DNA from: Marsupella aquatica
Lineage: Eukaryota; Plantae; Marchantiophyta
NCBI GenBank assembly: GCA_973895155.1
Contig: OZ316893.1
Coordinates: 4,322,490-4,386,489, forward strand
Direction of reading: 5' to 3'
DNA: 64,000 nt
Part shown: piece after piece, positions 11,813 through 24,400 of the stretch
Numbering within the stretch: position 1 is the stretch's first letter
How the letters are laid out: each line of letters begins with the position of its first letter
The notes under the pieces: model-generated
The model's database searches: none
Told to the model about the DNA's origin: nothing
What the model saw: only the letters and a program-made list of their open reading frames with translations
Program-made: the position numbers and the translations under genes

Positions 11813-14800
11813 TGTGGTGCGTCCCATGGCTCCCTAAACCCAAGAAACCCCCCAGCTCAAGCCGATTCCCGCAGGTTTCGCGCTTGGCAAGGCCGTTTCC
11901 GCGGCTTAGCGGCATGGGACGCTGTTAACCTTCTACTACTACTGTTAACATTTTACACACATATACTGGACAGATCCTTCATCGGGTCATGAGATACGTA
12001 GCCGGCCTAATCTAGGCCTTCCCCTGTCTTCCCCTACGTCTTGTTAGGTATGTTTGGATTCCGCCGCCGGAATGATCCCCAATAGGCTTGGTTAAGCCGC
12101 TAAGACCTCTCTCAGCTCGACACATCCAACTCTCACTCCCCTGCTTACTTTCCTTCCTTTTGGTTGATGTGGGCACTCTTCACACAAGTTAATGCGACAC
12201 ACAAATAGCAAAATGACTCATTCTGACTGAGTCATACCATGCACTTGCCATACAAACAGTACATCTCATACACAAGCTCTGCGAACTAAGCCGTGAGGCC
12301 AACTCTATTCAGCTCTTAGGCATGAGGAAACATGAATATACACAAGGGTCACTATATGACTAACCGAGAGCTTCTCGTACTACTTGATCCCAGCCCGGCC
12401 GGTGCAAACTAAAAACTTGCTAAAGAAGAGGCCCTGAGCTCCCCGCTGCCCAGGTACTTATCCTGGTAGTGGATCCGCCATTCTTTGCATCGTAAGCCTA
12501 ATCTACCTAACAGTAATCTACTTGCCCGAATCTACCTATGTACAGCAAGGCAGGAGCACAAGTGTTGCTCCTACCAGTGGAACCGCAATCCCACTAAGCT
12601 AAGTGTCAGGGCCGCTCCTGGTCCTGATCCTAATCCTAAATTTGGAGATCAGTGCCCACCCTGCCCACTCACGCCTCCTCCCTCCACGTCCGCCCTCCCT
12701 AAAAGGAACGGCGCCCTTGCACCGTCACGACACCGGTGGAGGATCCTTAATGGACGCCCCCAACGCTTCCTCCTCAGCCACTGCCGTAGGTTCATTCTCT
12801 GACAGATTACCTGCCCTTGACTGAGTCAACTCTCCATCGGTCTGACTGGGTCCACCATCGGCATCGGCATCGGCTCGGGAATCGGTTACGGCCTCAGCCC
12901 CGGCTACGGTCTCCCCGGCCTGCTCAAGAGGCGGATCTGGAATACCGGCCTCATTACTGAGTAGTTCGGCTTGGGCCGCACCACCCCCACCTATGATGAT
13001 AGCGGGATCTATTGCCGTATTCATGCCGGAGGATGGTGCTGGTTCTACCTCCTTGGTCACCACGGCTTGTGGAGTCGGATTACTCCTTGACCCTGAAGGT
13101 TTCCGCTTTTTCTTCTTTTCTGGTTCGGCAGCTGGTCCCTTCCCCTTCCCACTTACTTCCCGCACTGGTGTAGGTGGCGCGGCTTTTTCTTCGGCCAGTA
13201 CCACTCCTGGTAACTTGGTTGCCCCAATTGGAGTTGGGCCTGATGAAGACAAGCACTTAAATACTGCGGCTTGTTTCTTTAGCCGCTCCGTTTGGTTGTC
13301 GGCCCGCCGCTGGAGGTTCTCCATCTTCCTCGTGATTTCCTCCAACTCCTCCTGGGTCTCATCCAGGTCCTTGCGTGCCTCCTCTAGTTCCTTCTGGGCT
13401 TCCTCCCATTCTTGTTTCAAGGTAGTCCTCTCCTCCCGGGTTGCTCATAGCTCCTTGTCGAGCTCTGCAATGATGACAGACTCCATCTGGTTCATCTTGG
13501 CGTAAGTCTGATCGAGCATCTCGTCCTTCTCCCTGAGGTCGGCCTTGAAGCTGGCCGTCAGGGACGCAAGCTCCTGCTGTAGCACCATAATCCCTTGATA
13601 GGATTTCCCTAACTTGGCCTCCTTCTGCTCAAGGGCTCCGCGGATTTTCTCGAGCTCCCCCTTCAACGCCCATTCCTTTCTTTGGGTCTCCGCCATGGCC
13701 CGGTTGTTGGCTGTTATGTGGGCCTCCTCTGTATTCTTCAGCTCTTGCTTCCACTTCTCCCTCTCCCTGATCGTGTCGGCCAACTCTCCCTGCGTCTGAG
13801 TCAGTTTATCCTTGATATTCTGATTATCAGCCTGCGCGGTGTCCAACTGCCCCTGCATGATGTTCAGCTCATGCCGTTTAATCCGCAGTTCATCTTGGGC
13901 TTTCTTGGCCGCCCTTAGATCTTCAATCTCGGCTTCCCTCCTCCTAAGCCGCCGAATGACCTCGTCCTTCTTGCTTCTCTCTAAAGCCACCGCTTCTTCT
14001 AATTGGTGCTTCTCCAACTGCTCCCTATGGAAAAAGGGTCCTACCTCCAACTCCTCTCCAAAGATGCCGAGCGCAAGTTCCCCACACATCTCACCATACT
14101 CCATGGCTCTATTCTTAGCGTAGGTGGAGTAAGTAGAAGTGATCGGCATCGCCCATCGCGGCCTCTGCTCCCAAGCCGTCTTGCGGATCTCTTCAATCGT
14201 GGCTAGAGGTTTGCTTCCTTTTTTGGCTAGCCGCCTGATGTCCTCCGGCCAATCTCCTCCTGGTAAATCCTTTTCCCTAGCCAGGGCTGCCTCCTCTTCC
14301 TGCCTGATTTGCTCCTGAAATTCCTGCACCGTCTGTTTTATGCCGTCGAAGCTCGGGGGAGCAACATCTGGTGGGGGAGACTCAGGGCTACTCTGCTGGT
14401 TGGGGTCCCCTCGCACTATCCTTGGAAGTGTGGGGACAAACCGGCCACAGGTCCTGGAACGTGATGGTCCGACCCATAGCCGGAATTATCATGGCTGCAG
14501 TCCTCCACTGCCTCCTCTACTTCTTGGACGTCCGGCTTCTCCCTCTCCTCTTCGTCGGTAGGAGCTTCAGGCAATTCTGCCTCAGATTCGGAGCTTGAGA
14601 TTCCCACATACATTCGAACACCTGGCTTGGATTCCGGCCTGATTCTCTCCTTATCTCCAACAAAGGGGTTTTCTCTTGTGAGCCGGTGTAGGCCTACCTC
14701 TGTAGTAGTGTCCTGCATTGTTGCCGTTGCCGTTGTTGTTGCCGATGCCAATTTCTTTTCTTTCTCCAGTAGTTTCAGCAGACTCTGCATGCCTGGTTGC

Positions 14801-16468
14801 TGCATCGGCAAGTCCTCCTTCCTGGGCCTAAACACCTGCTCGATCGTAGGGCTAACAGGTGGTTGAGGCTTCTCAGCCAACGGCCTCGGCATTGGAGCTT
14901 CCTCGGGTGCCCTTACCTGCAGGGGAAGTACTGGGGCAAAAGTCTGACCTCTGGCATACCGGCACAACAGCGGCATGTGATAGCCAAGCCGCGACACGCT
15001 CCCCATGCCAATTACCTGCTGCTCCTCTTTTAAGATCTTCTTCAATTGGTTAAGGAGGTACCCGTTGTAGTCCCGGCTTGGGTCTGGCCTTTCTGCCAGA
15101 TAGACCTGTGCCTTGCCGATCTCTGCCCTCGGCAAGTTATAATGCATGGTCACCCGCAAGAAGTCGATCATCTCTCCTATGTGCGGGTTGGTGCAGGTGT
15201 TCCGGAAGAAGCCATTCTTCGTTGATGGCCCGGGGAACGACCGGAACTCCTTGTCAGGCAAGGTCTTCCTGGTATCAACTTTGGTCTTATTGCCTATCAG
15301 CAAGCCAAACACTTCGGCAATTACCTTGGGAGTAAGATAGAAATCCTTCCCATATATCCTCGTGCAATTGGTCTCGGGTTCCCATGACCCCACAAATTCT
15401 AATAGGTCGGACTCCGGTACCTCCGGCTTCAGCCATGGTAATCTTACAAAGGCCTCTAAGCCGGATCCGGCCATGAAGCCTTGATACTTCTTGGTCTGCA
15501 TTGCCGTAAAGCAAGCATCCTCCTCCCGTGCAAAATGTAGTTGCACTTCCACCGGTAGGGTTGCTGCCCAGCCCTTCCAGGTGTCATCCCTGGTTGGAAT
15601 GGCCTTGATGGGATCGACCTCCTCCTCCTCGGCTTCTCCCTGCCTCCTGCTCTGCTGCTCGGCTGGCTTCTTTGGTGCCGCCGACCTCGTTCTTTTTGCC
15701 GGGGTGGCTTCATCGTTGATGGCTCCCTTCCTCTTCATCTCTGCTGTCATGGAGGTTTCTCCTAGCACCGTTGCCTGGGTCCACCTTTCCATGCTACCCT
15801 TTAATTCCCAGTGTATGTCGTTGCAGTTCTTGATGGCCTCTCGGATGCCGACGACGCTGTCTTTGCAAAACAGAAGATCGTCGAGTCGATTGGAAGTAGG
15901 CGTCCACAGGAACTCGTCCTTGATGAGTTTGCCTCCTAAGAAAGCCGTCTTCTGCAGCTCCCACAATCGAGCGAGCTCCTGCCGTTCTCGAGCTGCCCTT
16001 TCTGATTCCTCGTCCTCGTAAGTCTTGATGTACTCAGTTGCCCGTTCGAACAGGCATCCCCAGAAATGTGCCGCTTGATTGACATTGCTCATACCCTCCT
16101 TAGGTCGATCGTCGGTATCTACTCTCTCCCCGAGTGCTTGCCTAAGCAGCTGACAGTAGTTGGCCTCCCGTAGTCGTCTGCCTAGTTCGTGCTCGCAAAT
16201 GAGCCACCATCTCCTGCAAGCGCTCCTTACCCCTCTCCTCTGCCGGTCCTTCTTCCCGTTGATCCTTCCTAGCCGCCGACGCTTAACGCGCCCTAACCCT
16301 AATCGAGTTTTCACCCTCAGCGTCCTTACCTCCGGCCTCGGCCCGGGTTCCATGGTTGCCCCTAATGGTTTATATTTTCCTTGTTTTGTCCCTATACTAA
16401 GGTGTTCCTAGGGTGCCTTCCTGTTTTACCTACTTAACTGGCCGAGTGATTCCTGTCTAGGCATCACA
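11813..16468 (-). mobile_element. 4656-bp TG...CA element, copy 1 (giant coding solo LTR or non-autonomous integrase-mobilised unit)
   Basis: Ends TGTGGTGC...GCATCACA. TSD CCCAG at 11808-11812 and 16469-16473. Reverse complement of 21456-26091. Confidence 0.93.
12725..16353 (-). pseudogene. ~1200-codon ORF of copy 1, broken by a 7-bp deletion (~14452) and a TGA (13445)
   Basis: ORFs 14416-16353, 13445-14416 and 12725-13420 are colinear with the copy 2 ORF. Confidence 0.85.
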
Positions 16469-16473
16469 CCCAG

Positions 16474-19400
16474 CACCTGTGAATACTGTGCAGGTGTCAA
16501 CATACGTGGTGACAAGATCTCAAGGGCAGCCAGAGAACTCAACCCAAACCAATTCCCCGGAGACGGAGGGGGGATTCGATTGGAGCCAAATGGATGCAAC
16601 CACCCGAGAAATGGCGGATGAAATTCGCCACAAACAGCGGAACAAGACTTTGCCACGACCTGAACGATTAATGCGTTCAGAACCTTACGCAGAGACAGAT
16701 ACGGAAATTCTAGAGGAGGGAGTGACGATGGGGGGATTCGATCAAGAAACAGGACAACTTCCACGAGACGAAGAACCACCGAATAACCCTGCCAAAGCGA
16801 ACCAGCGAATAGTGGATAAGCTAGTGCAACTCATCGCGAAGACCCGAGTCAACATCACTGTCGAAGAACTGTTCCAGTTAGCACCACAGTGTAAGGAAGC
16901 AGTAATGAGACGGTTGGGGGGCAGAATTAGTCCTACCACATTACCTGGAGTACCACTGTACCAAGCTGGGAAGATTCCCCTAATTGACAAAGGAGCCATA
17001 GTACAGATCAGCGTAAGGGGCATCAAACTAAAGAACGTATTGCTGGATGGAGGGTCAGCCGTAAACCTCATGAGTGAGCAGACCTACAGACTGCTAGGCA
17101 GAGTCAAACTCTTACCAGCCCCTTTTAATTTAATAATGGCCGATCAAAGCAGCTGTCACCCACTGGGTTACGTGCCAGACTTACCAATGCTGATTTCAGG
17201 CATCAAGTACAATTTAGGAGTGGTAGTTTTGAGAGAAGCAGATTCCACCCGAGGACAACCCATGTTGTTAGGACGACCTTGGCTAAGACAGGCCAAAGTA
17301 AAACAGCACTGGGGGGAAGAAAAAGATTATATCAAAATAGAACACGGAGGAGAGACTTTCAAGATCAGAACCAAGGCTATCGAGGACGGTGTACCACCTA
17401 TGGCCAGAGTCTATACCTTGAACTGGGCAGAGGGGTTGAATGAGGATGAAGAAGAGACCTATTTAAAATGCCGTCCAGACTTAGTCCCAATTTCAGATAT
17501 GGAAATAGTCAAGCTCGACGAGATGCAAGGAATGACCACAAAAAAATGGATCATGATCTACGAAACGATCTGTTTAAACACATAGACCCGCAAGGCATTC
17601 AAGAGTGCTCATTAAAGGAGGAAGAAGCACAGACCACCTTACAGGATCTAGCAGAAAAGGTGGTGGGATGGAGTGCCACCGAGGAAGAGCACATTCAGAA
17701 GGTCGATTTGAGTGACAGTGAACGACCACGAGAAGTAAAGATAGGGAAACACCTTTCCCCCGAGCTCAAAGAGGAACTTGTTACCCTACTCGCCGAATTC
17801 CGAGATGTTTTTGCCTGGGATTACACGGAGTTAAAGGGAGTTCCAGAGTCAATTGGCGTACATCGAATCCGACTCGTACCAGGATCAGTACCGGTGCAGA
17901 CACAACGATATAGGATGAACCCCAACTATGCGGAAAAGGTAAAAGAAGAAATCCAAAGGCTCCTTGATGCCAAATTCATTGAACCTGTTAAGCGTTATAT
18001 GTGGCTATCCCCGATAGTCGTAGTACCTAAGAAAAATGGGAAGTTAAGAGTCTGCATTGATTTCAGAAAATTAAACGCAGTGACCATAAAAGACCCTTTT
18101 CTGGTACCCTTTCTAGAAGCAGTTCTGGATGTGGTAGCAGGAAAGTCAGCTTATTCATTTTTAGATGGGTACAGCGGGTACAGTCAGGTCCGGTTAGCCA
18201 CAGAAGCAAGGGAGCTGACCACTTTCATTACAGAATGGGGCGCTTTCCAGTGTCTCGTATTACCCTTTGGATTATGCAATGGGCCTAGTACATTCCAGCG
18301 ATTAATGATGATGTTATTTCATGAGTATTTGAATCAGTTTATGCAAATCTTCCTAGATGACTTCACCATATACGGAGAGGAAGAGCAACATATAGGTCAT
18401 CTCAGATTATGCCTCTTAAGATGTAGGGAAGGGGGAGTCAGCCTGAACCCTGATAAGTGCACCTTCTTTGTACCATCGGGCAAGATATTAGGACACATAG
18501 TTTGTAAACAGGGCTTGTTAGTAGACCCAGATAAGATAAAAATCATTAAAGAGATGCCAGTCCCCAATAGTGCAACTCAAGTCAGAAGGTTCCTAGAAGT
18601 GGAGGTTTCTATCGTCGTTACATCAAGAGTTACTCCCAAATCAGTGCCCCGTTGGCACGATTAACGGGTAACCATCAAACGTTCACTTGGGACGACGACT
18701 GTCAGAAAGCGTTTGAAGAAATCAAGGACCGGTTGTGCCATGCACCCATACTCAAGGAGCCAGATTGGAAGAGGGAGTTCCATCTACATACAGATGCTTC
18801 TCTGGTGGCGGTGGGGGCAGTGTTAGCACAGAAGGGAGAACAAGGTATTGATTTACCAGTATACTATGCCAGTAGACTGTTAAACGTGCATGAAAGGAAC
18901 TACACCACGACTGAGAGGGAAGCATTAGCCATGATATTTGCAGTAAAGAAATTTAGGCATTATTTACTTGGGAATCGATTCATATTCTATGTAGATCATA
19001 ATGCCTTGGTCAACTTAGTAAACAAACCACAGCTGTCGGGCCGAATTGCAAGATGGATTTTGTTATTAGCTGAGTTTGATTACACCATCATTTATAAACC
19101 CGGGAAAACCCATGTCATACCCAATTATTTGAGTAGACTCAAATCAGGAGAGACAGGCAAGGAAGAAGACGATCAATTACCGGATATGGAGCTATTTCAA
19201 GACGCCAAGGAAAGGCATCCTGTAAATCTAGTGACCTTGGATGACGAACCAGCATTAGAAAGGTATTTACGCACAGCGGTATTCCCCGAGGGGTTGTCCA
19301 GTAAGGAAAGGAAGGTCTACGCCTATAAGGCAAGACCCTACACCTTGATCAACCACGTGCTTTATTACCAAGGGCCCGATGACATACTACGAAGAGTAGT

Positions 19401-20490
19401 TCCGGAGGAAGAACGGCCAGAAGCCTTAATCGCGGCACATGAATGACTAGGAGGGCGACATTTCGGCACCGAGATCACCCTGAGGAAGATTCTTCAGCAA
19501 GGACGTTGGTGGGCAACTGTCCATAAAGACACTCAGGAGTTTGTAAAAACGTGCGACCTATGTCAGCGTACAGGACCTATGAAGGAAAACATGGAGTTCA
19601 GGCCTATAATCGCCCCTTATATTTTTCAGAAATGGGGACTAGATTTCATAGGACCCATCACTCCATCTTCCAGATACAGTCAGAACCAGTATATTTTAGC
19701 AGCAATAGAGTATGTACCACAAAATGGGTGGAAGCAGTGGCAACTCAGGAGAACACTGCCCGAGTAACAGCCAAGTTCTTGTACCAAAACATCATCACGA
19801 GATACGGATTACCAGGTGAGCTAGTGAGCGATCAAGGTTCACATTTTCTGAACAAGGTTATCCAGGAACTGACGGATAATTACCATATAAGCCATCGGTT
19901 TTCGACTCCCTATTACCCTCAGTGTAACGGACAAGCGGAGTCAACAAACAAAGTCTTACTCAACGTTTTACGGAAAGTGGTTAACGAACAGCAAAACGAT
20001 TGGGACGTTCAGCTGCCGGCGGCAGTATGGGCATTCCGCACGGCATATAAGGTAACCACGGGCCACACCCCTTTTCAATTAATGTTTGGAGTTGAGGCCC
20101 ATATGCCGACAGACTACGAATTACCTAGTTTGCAAATCGCAGCGAGATACGACATAAATCAGAACCCGTGTTTAACTAGACGGTTAAAAGCACTATTGGA
20201 GGTTACCAAAACCCGGAGAAGGGCCGAAGAACGATTAGAGTATGTACAAGGACAACGCAAGCGACAAATAGATGATCAACGGGAGGTAACCACGTTCACG
20301 GAAGGGGAATTAGTACTATGGTGCCGAAAGCGGGCACGAATAAAAAAAGGAAAGTTGAGACTTAAATGGGAAGGACCCTTTACCGTCCTCAAGGCGTGGG
20401 GAAACAGAACCTTTGAAATTACCAGCTAGGATGGGAGCGAGCAACAACGGGTGAACGGGAATAAGATAAAGTCATACCACGTAAGGAATG
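16474..20490 (+). pseudogene. Gypsy gag C-terminus, protease, RT, RNase H and integrase (frameshifted, with stops)
   Basis: Rejoins gag in frame across the TSD (KAP-APVNTV). LLDGGSAVNLM, WLSPIVVVPKKNGKLRVCIDFRKLN, FLDDF, TDAS..GAVLAQ..EREALA, CDLCQR, WGLDFIGP, SDQGSHF, PQCNGQAE, WEGPF, RVNGNKIKSY. Confidence 0.95.
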
Positions 20491-21455
20491 ACGTGTACTT
20501 ATGAGAAGTAGAGGATACGGTTAACGACTACCCAGGGGAAAGCGAAGTCGGCAACGACTCCGATACGGTACTGGCGCTCAACAAGGACGACGACAACTAT
20601 CAACTGCCGACAGCACCACCTAGCGAGAATCAAGCGGATGGAGAAGGGTACGAGCTACCCATTAAAATGGTAGCCTGTATCGGCGTGACCCCCGATCAAG
20701 CATCTACGGAAGCCACCGGAGGGGCACTCACCGCCAAGAACAAGGAACGACCCTTAGCACACGCAAAGAAGCTAGTCGCGACCACCACAGGTGACACACT
20801 ACGATGAGAAGAAAGCACCAATGAACAAGGACGAGAACTAACGATCAAGGAGTACCCGTTAGAGGATTACGTAAACGGAACCATTCCATCAAACAAACCA
20901 ACGGAATCAGGTCAAATCAAGTCAGTGGTTCTAGCGGAGGAGGACCTATATCTGAAATCTTTCAGATCCACGATTGGAAGCACAAATTACCCAAAGGCCA
21001 GGAAGAGAGGAGGAGAAGGTTTCCTTATAGAGTAGTAATCGTAGGATGTACACACGGACCCTTTTCCACATGGATTGCAGATCGGATTTTGATAGGACCC
21101 AACTCGATACCCTGTATTGAGGACTACTCCACGGGAAAATTACATGTTATACTAGAAGTTCAGGATACACTAGAATCCAAAGGGCGAGCACCATCACCCG
21201 CAAAAGAACTGTTAAACCAAAAACCCTATTTCCGACTGGCAAGGAGATTACGAGAGAACCCCGAGTGGAGTGGCTATCAGCGCGAGGTGAAATTCGAATG
21301 GTCGAGGGTCGGTAATAGGCATTACACATTACCGGTGGGCATGAAGACTTTGAAGTTGAAACGATCAAACGAGTTTGAGGACGATAAACCGAGGAAGCGC
21401 GTTACTATCAACGAACTACTCGAAACCCCGGCGATGGAGGAGACACCAGCCCCCA
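20491..21455 (+). pseudogene. Post-integrase extension / start of the 3' extra ORF
   Basis: The integrase frame continues with isolated TGA stops to ~21030. After one frameshift the frame is open to the insertion at 21456. Confidence 0.55.
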
Positions 21456-24400
21456 TGTGATGCCTAGACAGGAATCACTCGGCCGGTTAAGTGGGTAAAG
21501 CAGGAAGGCACCCTAGGAACACCTTAGTATAGTGACAAAACAAGGAAAATATAAACAATTAGGGGCAACCATGGAACCCGGGCAGAGGCCGGAGGTAAGG
21601 CTGAGGGTGAAAACCCGATTAGGGTTAGGGCGCGTTAAGCGTCGGCGGCTAGGAAGGATCAACGGGAAGAAGGACCGGCAGAGGAGAGGGGTAAGGAGCG
21701 CTTGCAGGAGATGGTGGCTCATTTGCAAGCACGAACTAGGCAGACGACTACGGGAGGCCAACTACTGTCAACTGCTTAGGCAAGCACTCGGGGAGAGAGT
21801 AGATACCGACGATCGACCTAAGGAGGGTATGAGCAACGTCAATCAAGCGGCACATTTCTGGGGATGCCTGTTCGAACGGGCAACTGAGTACATCAAGACT
21901 TACGAGGACGAGGAGTCAGAAAGGGCAGCTCGAGAACGGCAGGAGCTCGCTCGATTGTGGGAGCTGCAGAAGACGGCTTTCTTAGGAGGCGAACTCATCA
22001 AGGACGAGTTCCTGTGGACGCCTACTTCCAATCAACTCGACGATCTTCTGTTTTGCAAAGACAGCGTCGTCGGCATCCGAGAGGCCATCAAGAACTGTAA
22101 CGACATACACTGGGAATTAAAGGGTAGCACGGAAAGGTGGACCCAGGCAACGGTGCTAGGAGAAACCTCCACGGCAGCAGAGATGAAGAGGAAGGGAGCC
22201 GTCAACGATGAAGCCACCCCGGCAAAAAGAACGAGGTCGGCGGCACCAAAGAAGCCAGCCGAGCAGCAGAGCAGGAGGCAGGGAGAAGCCGAAGAGGAGG
22301 AGGTCGATCCCATCAAGGCCATTCCAACCAGGGATGACACCTGGAAGGGCTGGGCGGCAACCCTACCGGTGGAGGTGCAACTACATTTTGCACGGGAGGA
22401 GGATGCTTGCTTTACGGCCATGCAGACCAAGAAGTACCAAGGCTTCATGGCCGGATCCGGCTTGGAGGCCTTTGTAAGATTACCATGGCTGAAGCCGGAG
22501 GTACCGGAGTCAGACCTATTAGAATTCGTGGGGTCATGGGAACCCGAGACCAATTGCACGAGGATATATGGGAAGGATTTCTATCTTACTCCCAAGGTGA
22601 TTGCCGAAGTGTTTGGCTTGCCAATGGGCAATAAGACCAAAGTTGATACCAGGAAGACCTTGCCTGACAAGGAGTTCCGGTCGTTCCCCGGGCCATCAAC
22701 GAAGAATGGCTTCTTCCGGAACACCTGCACCAACCCGCACATAGGAGAGATGATCGACTTCTTGCGGGTGACCATGCATTGTAACTTACCGAGGGCAGAG
22801 ATCGGCAAGGCACAGGTCTATCTGGCAGAAAGGCCAGACCCAAGCCGGGACTACAACGGGTACCTCCTCAACCAATTGAAGAAGATCTTAAAGGAGGAGC
22901 AGCAGGTAATCGGCATGGGGAGCGTGTCGCGGCTTGGCTATCACATGCCGCTGTTGTGCCGGTATGCCAGAAGTCAGACTTTTGCCCCGGTACTTCCCCT
23001 GCAGGTAAGGGCACCCGAGGAAGCTCCAACGCCGAGGCCGTTGGCTGAAAAGCCTCAACCACCTGTTAGTCCTACGATCGAGCAGGTGTTTAGGCCCAGG
23101 AAGGAAGACTTGCCGATGCAGCAACCAGGCATGCAGAGTCTGCTGAAACTACTGGAGAAAGAAAAGAAATCGGCATCGGCAACAACAACGGCAACGGCAA
23201 CAATGCAGGACACTACTACAGAGGTAGGCCTACACCGGCTCACAAGAGAAAACCCCTTTGCTGGAGACAAGGAGAGAATCAGGCCGGAATCCAAGCCAGG
23301 TGTTCGAATGTACGTGGGAACCTCAAGCTCCGAATCTGAGGCAGAATTGCCTGAAGCTCCTACCGACGAAGAGGAGAGGGAGAAGCCGGACGTCCAAGAG
23401 GTAGAGGAGGCAGTGGAGGACTGCAGCCATGATAATTCCGGCTATGGGTCGGACCATCACGTTCCAGGAGTAAGGACCTGTGGCCGGTTTGTCCCCACAC
23501 TTCCAAGGGTAGTGCGAGGGGACCCCAACCAGCAGAGTAGCCCTGAGTCTCCCCCACCAGATGTTGCTCCCCCGAGCTTCGACGGCATAAAACAGACGGT
23601 GCAGGAATTTCAGGAGCGAATCAAGCAGGAGGAAGAGGCCGCCCTGGCTAAGGAAAAGGATTTACCAGGAGGAGATTGGCCGGAGGACATCAGGCGGCTA
23701 GCCGAAAAAGGAAGCAAACCTCTAGCCACGATTGAAGAGATCCGCAGGACGGCTTGGGAGTAGAGGCCACGATGGGCGATGCCGATCACTTCTACTTACT
23801 CCACCTACGCTAAGAATAGAGCCATGGAGTATGGTGAGATGTGTGGGGAACTTGCGCTCGGCATCTTTGGAGAGGAGTTGGAGGTAGGACCCTTTTTCCA
23901 TAGGGAGCAGTTGGAGAAGCACCAATTAGAAGAAGCGGTGGCTTTAGAGAGAAGCAAGAAGGACGAGGTCATTCGGCGGCTTAGGAGGATGGAAGCCGAG
24001 ATTGAAAATCTAAGGGCGGCCAAGAAAGCCCAAGATGAACTGCGGATTAAACGACATGAGCTGAACATCATGCAGGGGCAGTTGGACGCCGCGCAAGCTG
24101 ATAATCAGAATATCAAGGATAAACTGACTCAGACGCAGGAAGAGTTGGCCGACACGATCAAAGAGAGGGAGAAGTGGAAGCAAGAGCTGAAGAATACAGA
24201 GGAGGCCCACATAACAGCCAACAGCCGGGCCATGGCGGAGACCCAAAGAAAGGAATGGGCGTTGAAAGGGGAGCTCGAGAAAATCCGCGGAGCCCTTGAG
24301 CAGAAGGAGGTCGAGTTAGGGAAATCCTATCAAGGGATTATGGCGCTGCAGCAGGAGCTTGCGTCCCTGACGGCCAGCTTCAAGGCCGACCTAAGGGAGA

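Noticed and set aside
12993-16021. Many antisense ORFs over the nested units (also 22032-24932)
   Set aside because: Shadow frames of a GC-rich, purine-biased coding strand.
21619-21630. Telomeric TTAGGG x2 near the start of the nested unit
   Set aside because: Only two units and inside coding sequence (LGLG). Too short to support a telomeric role.
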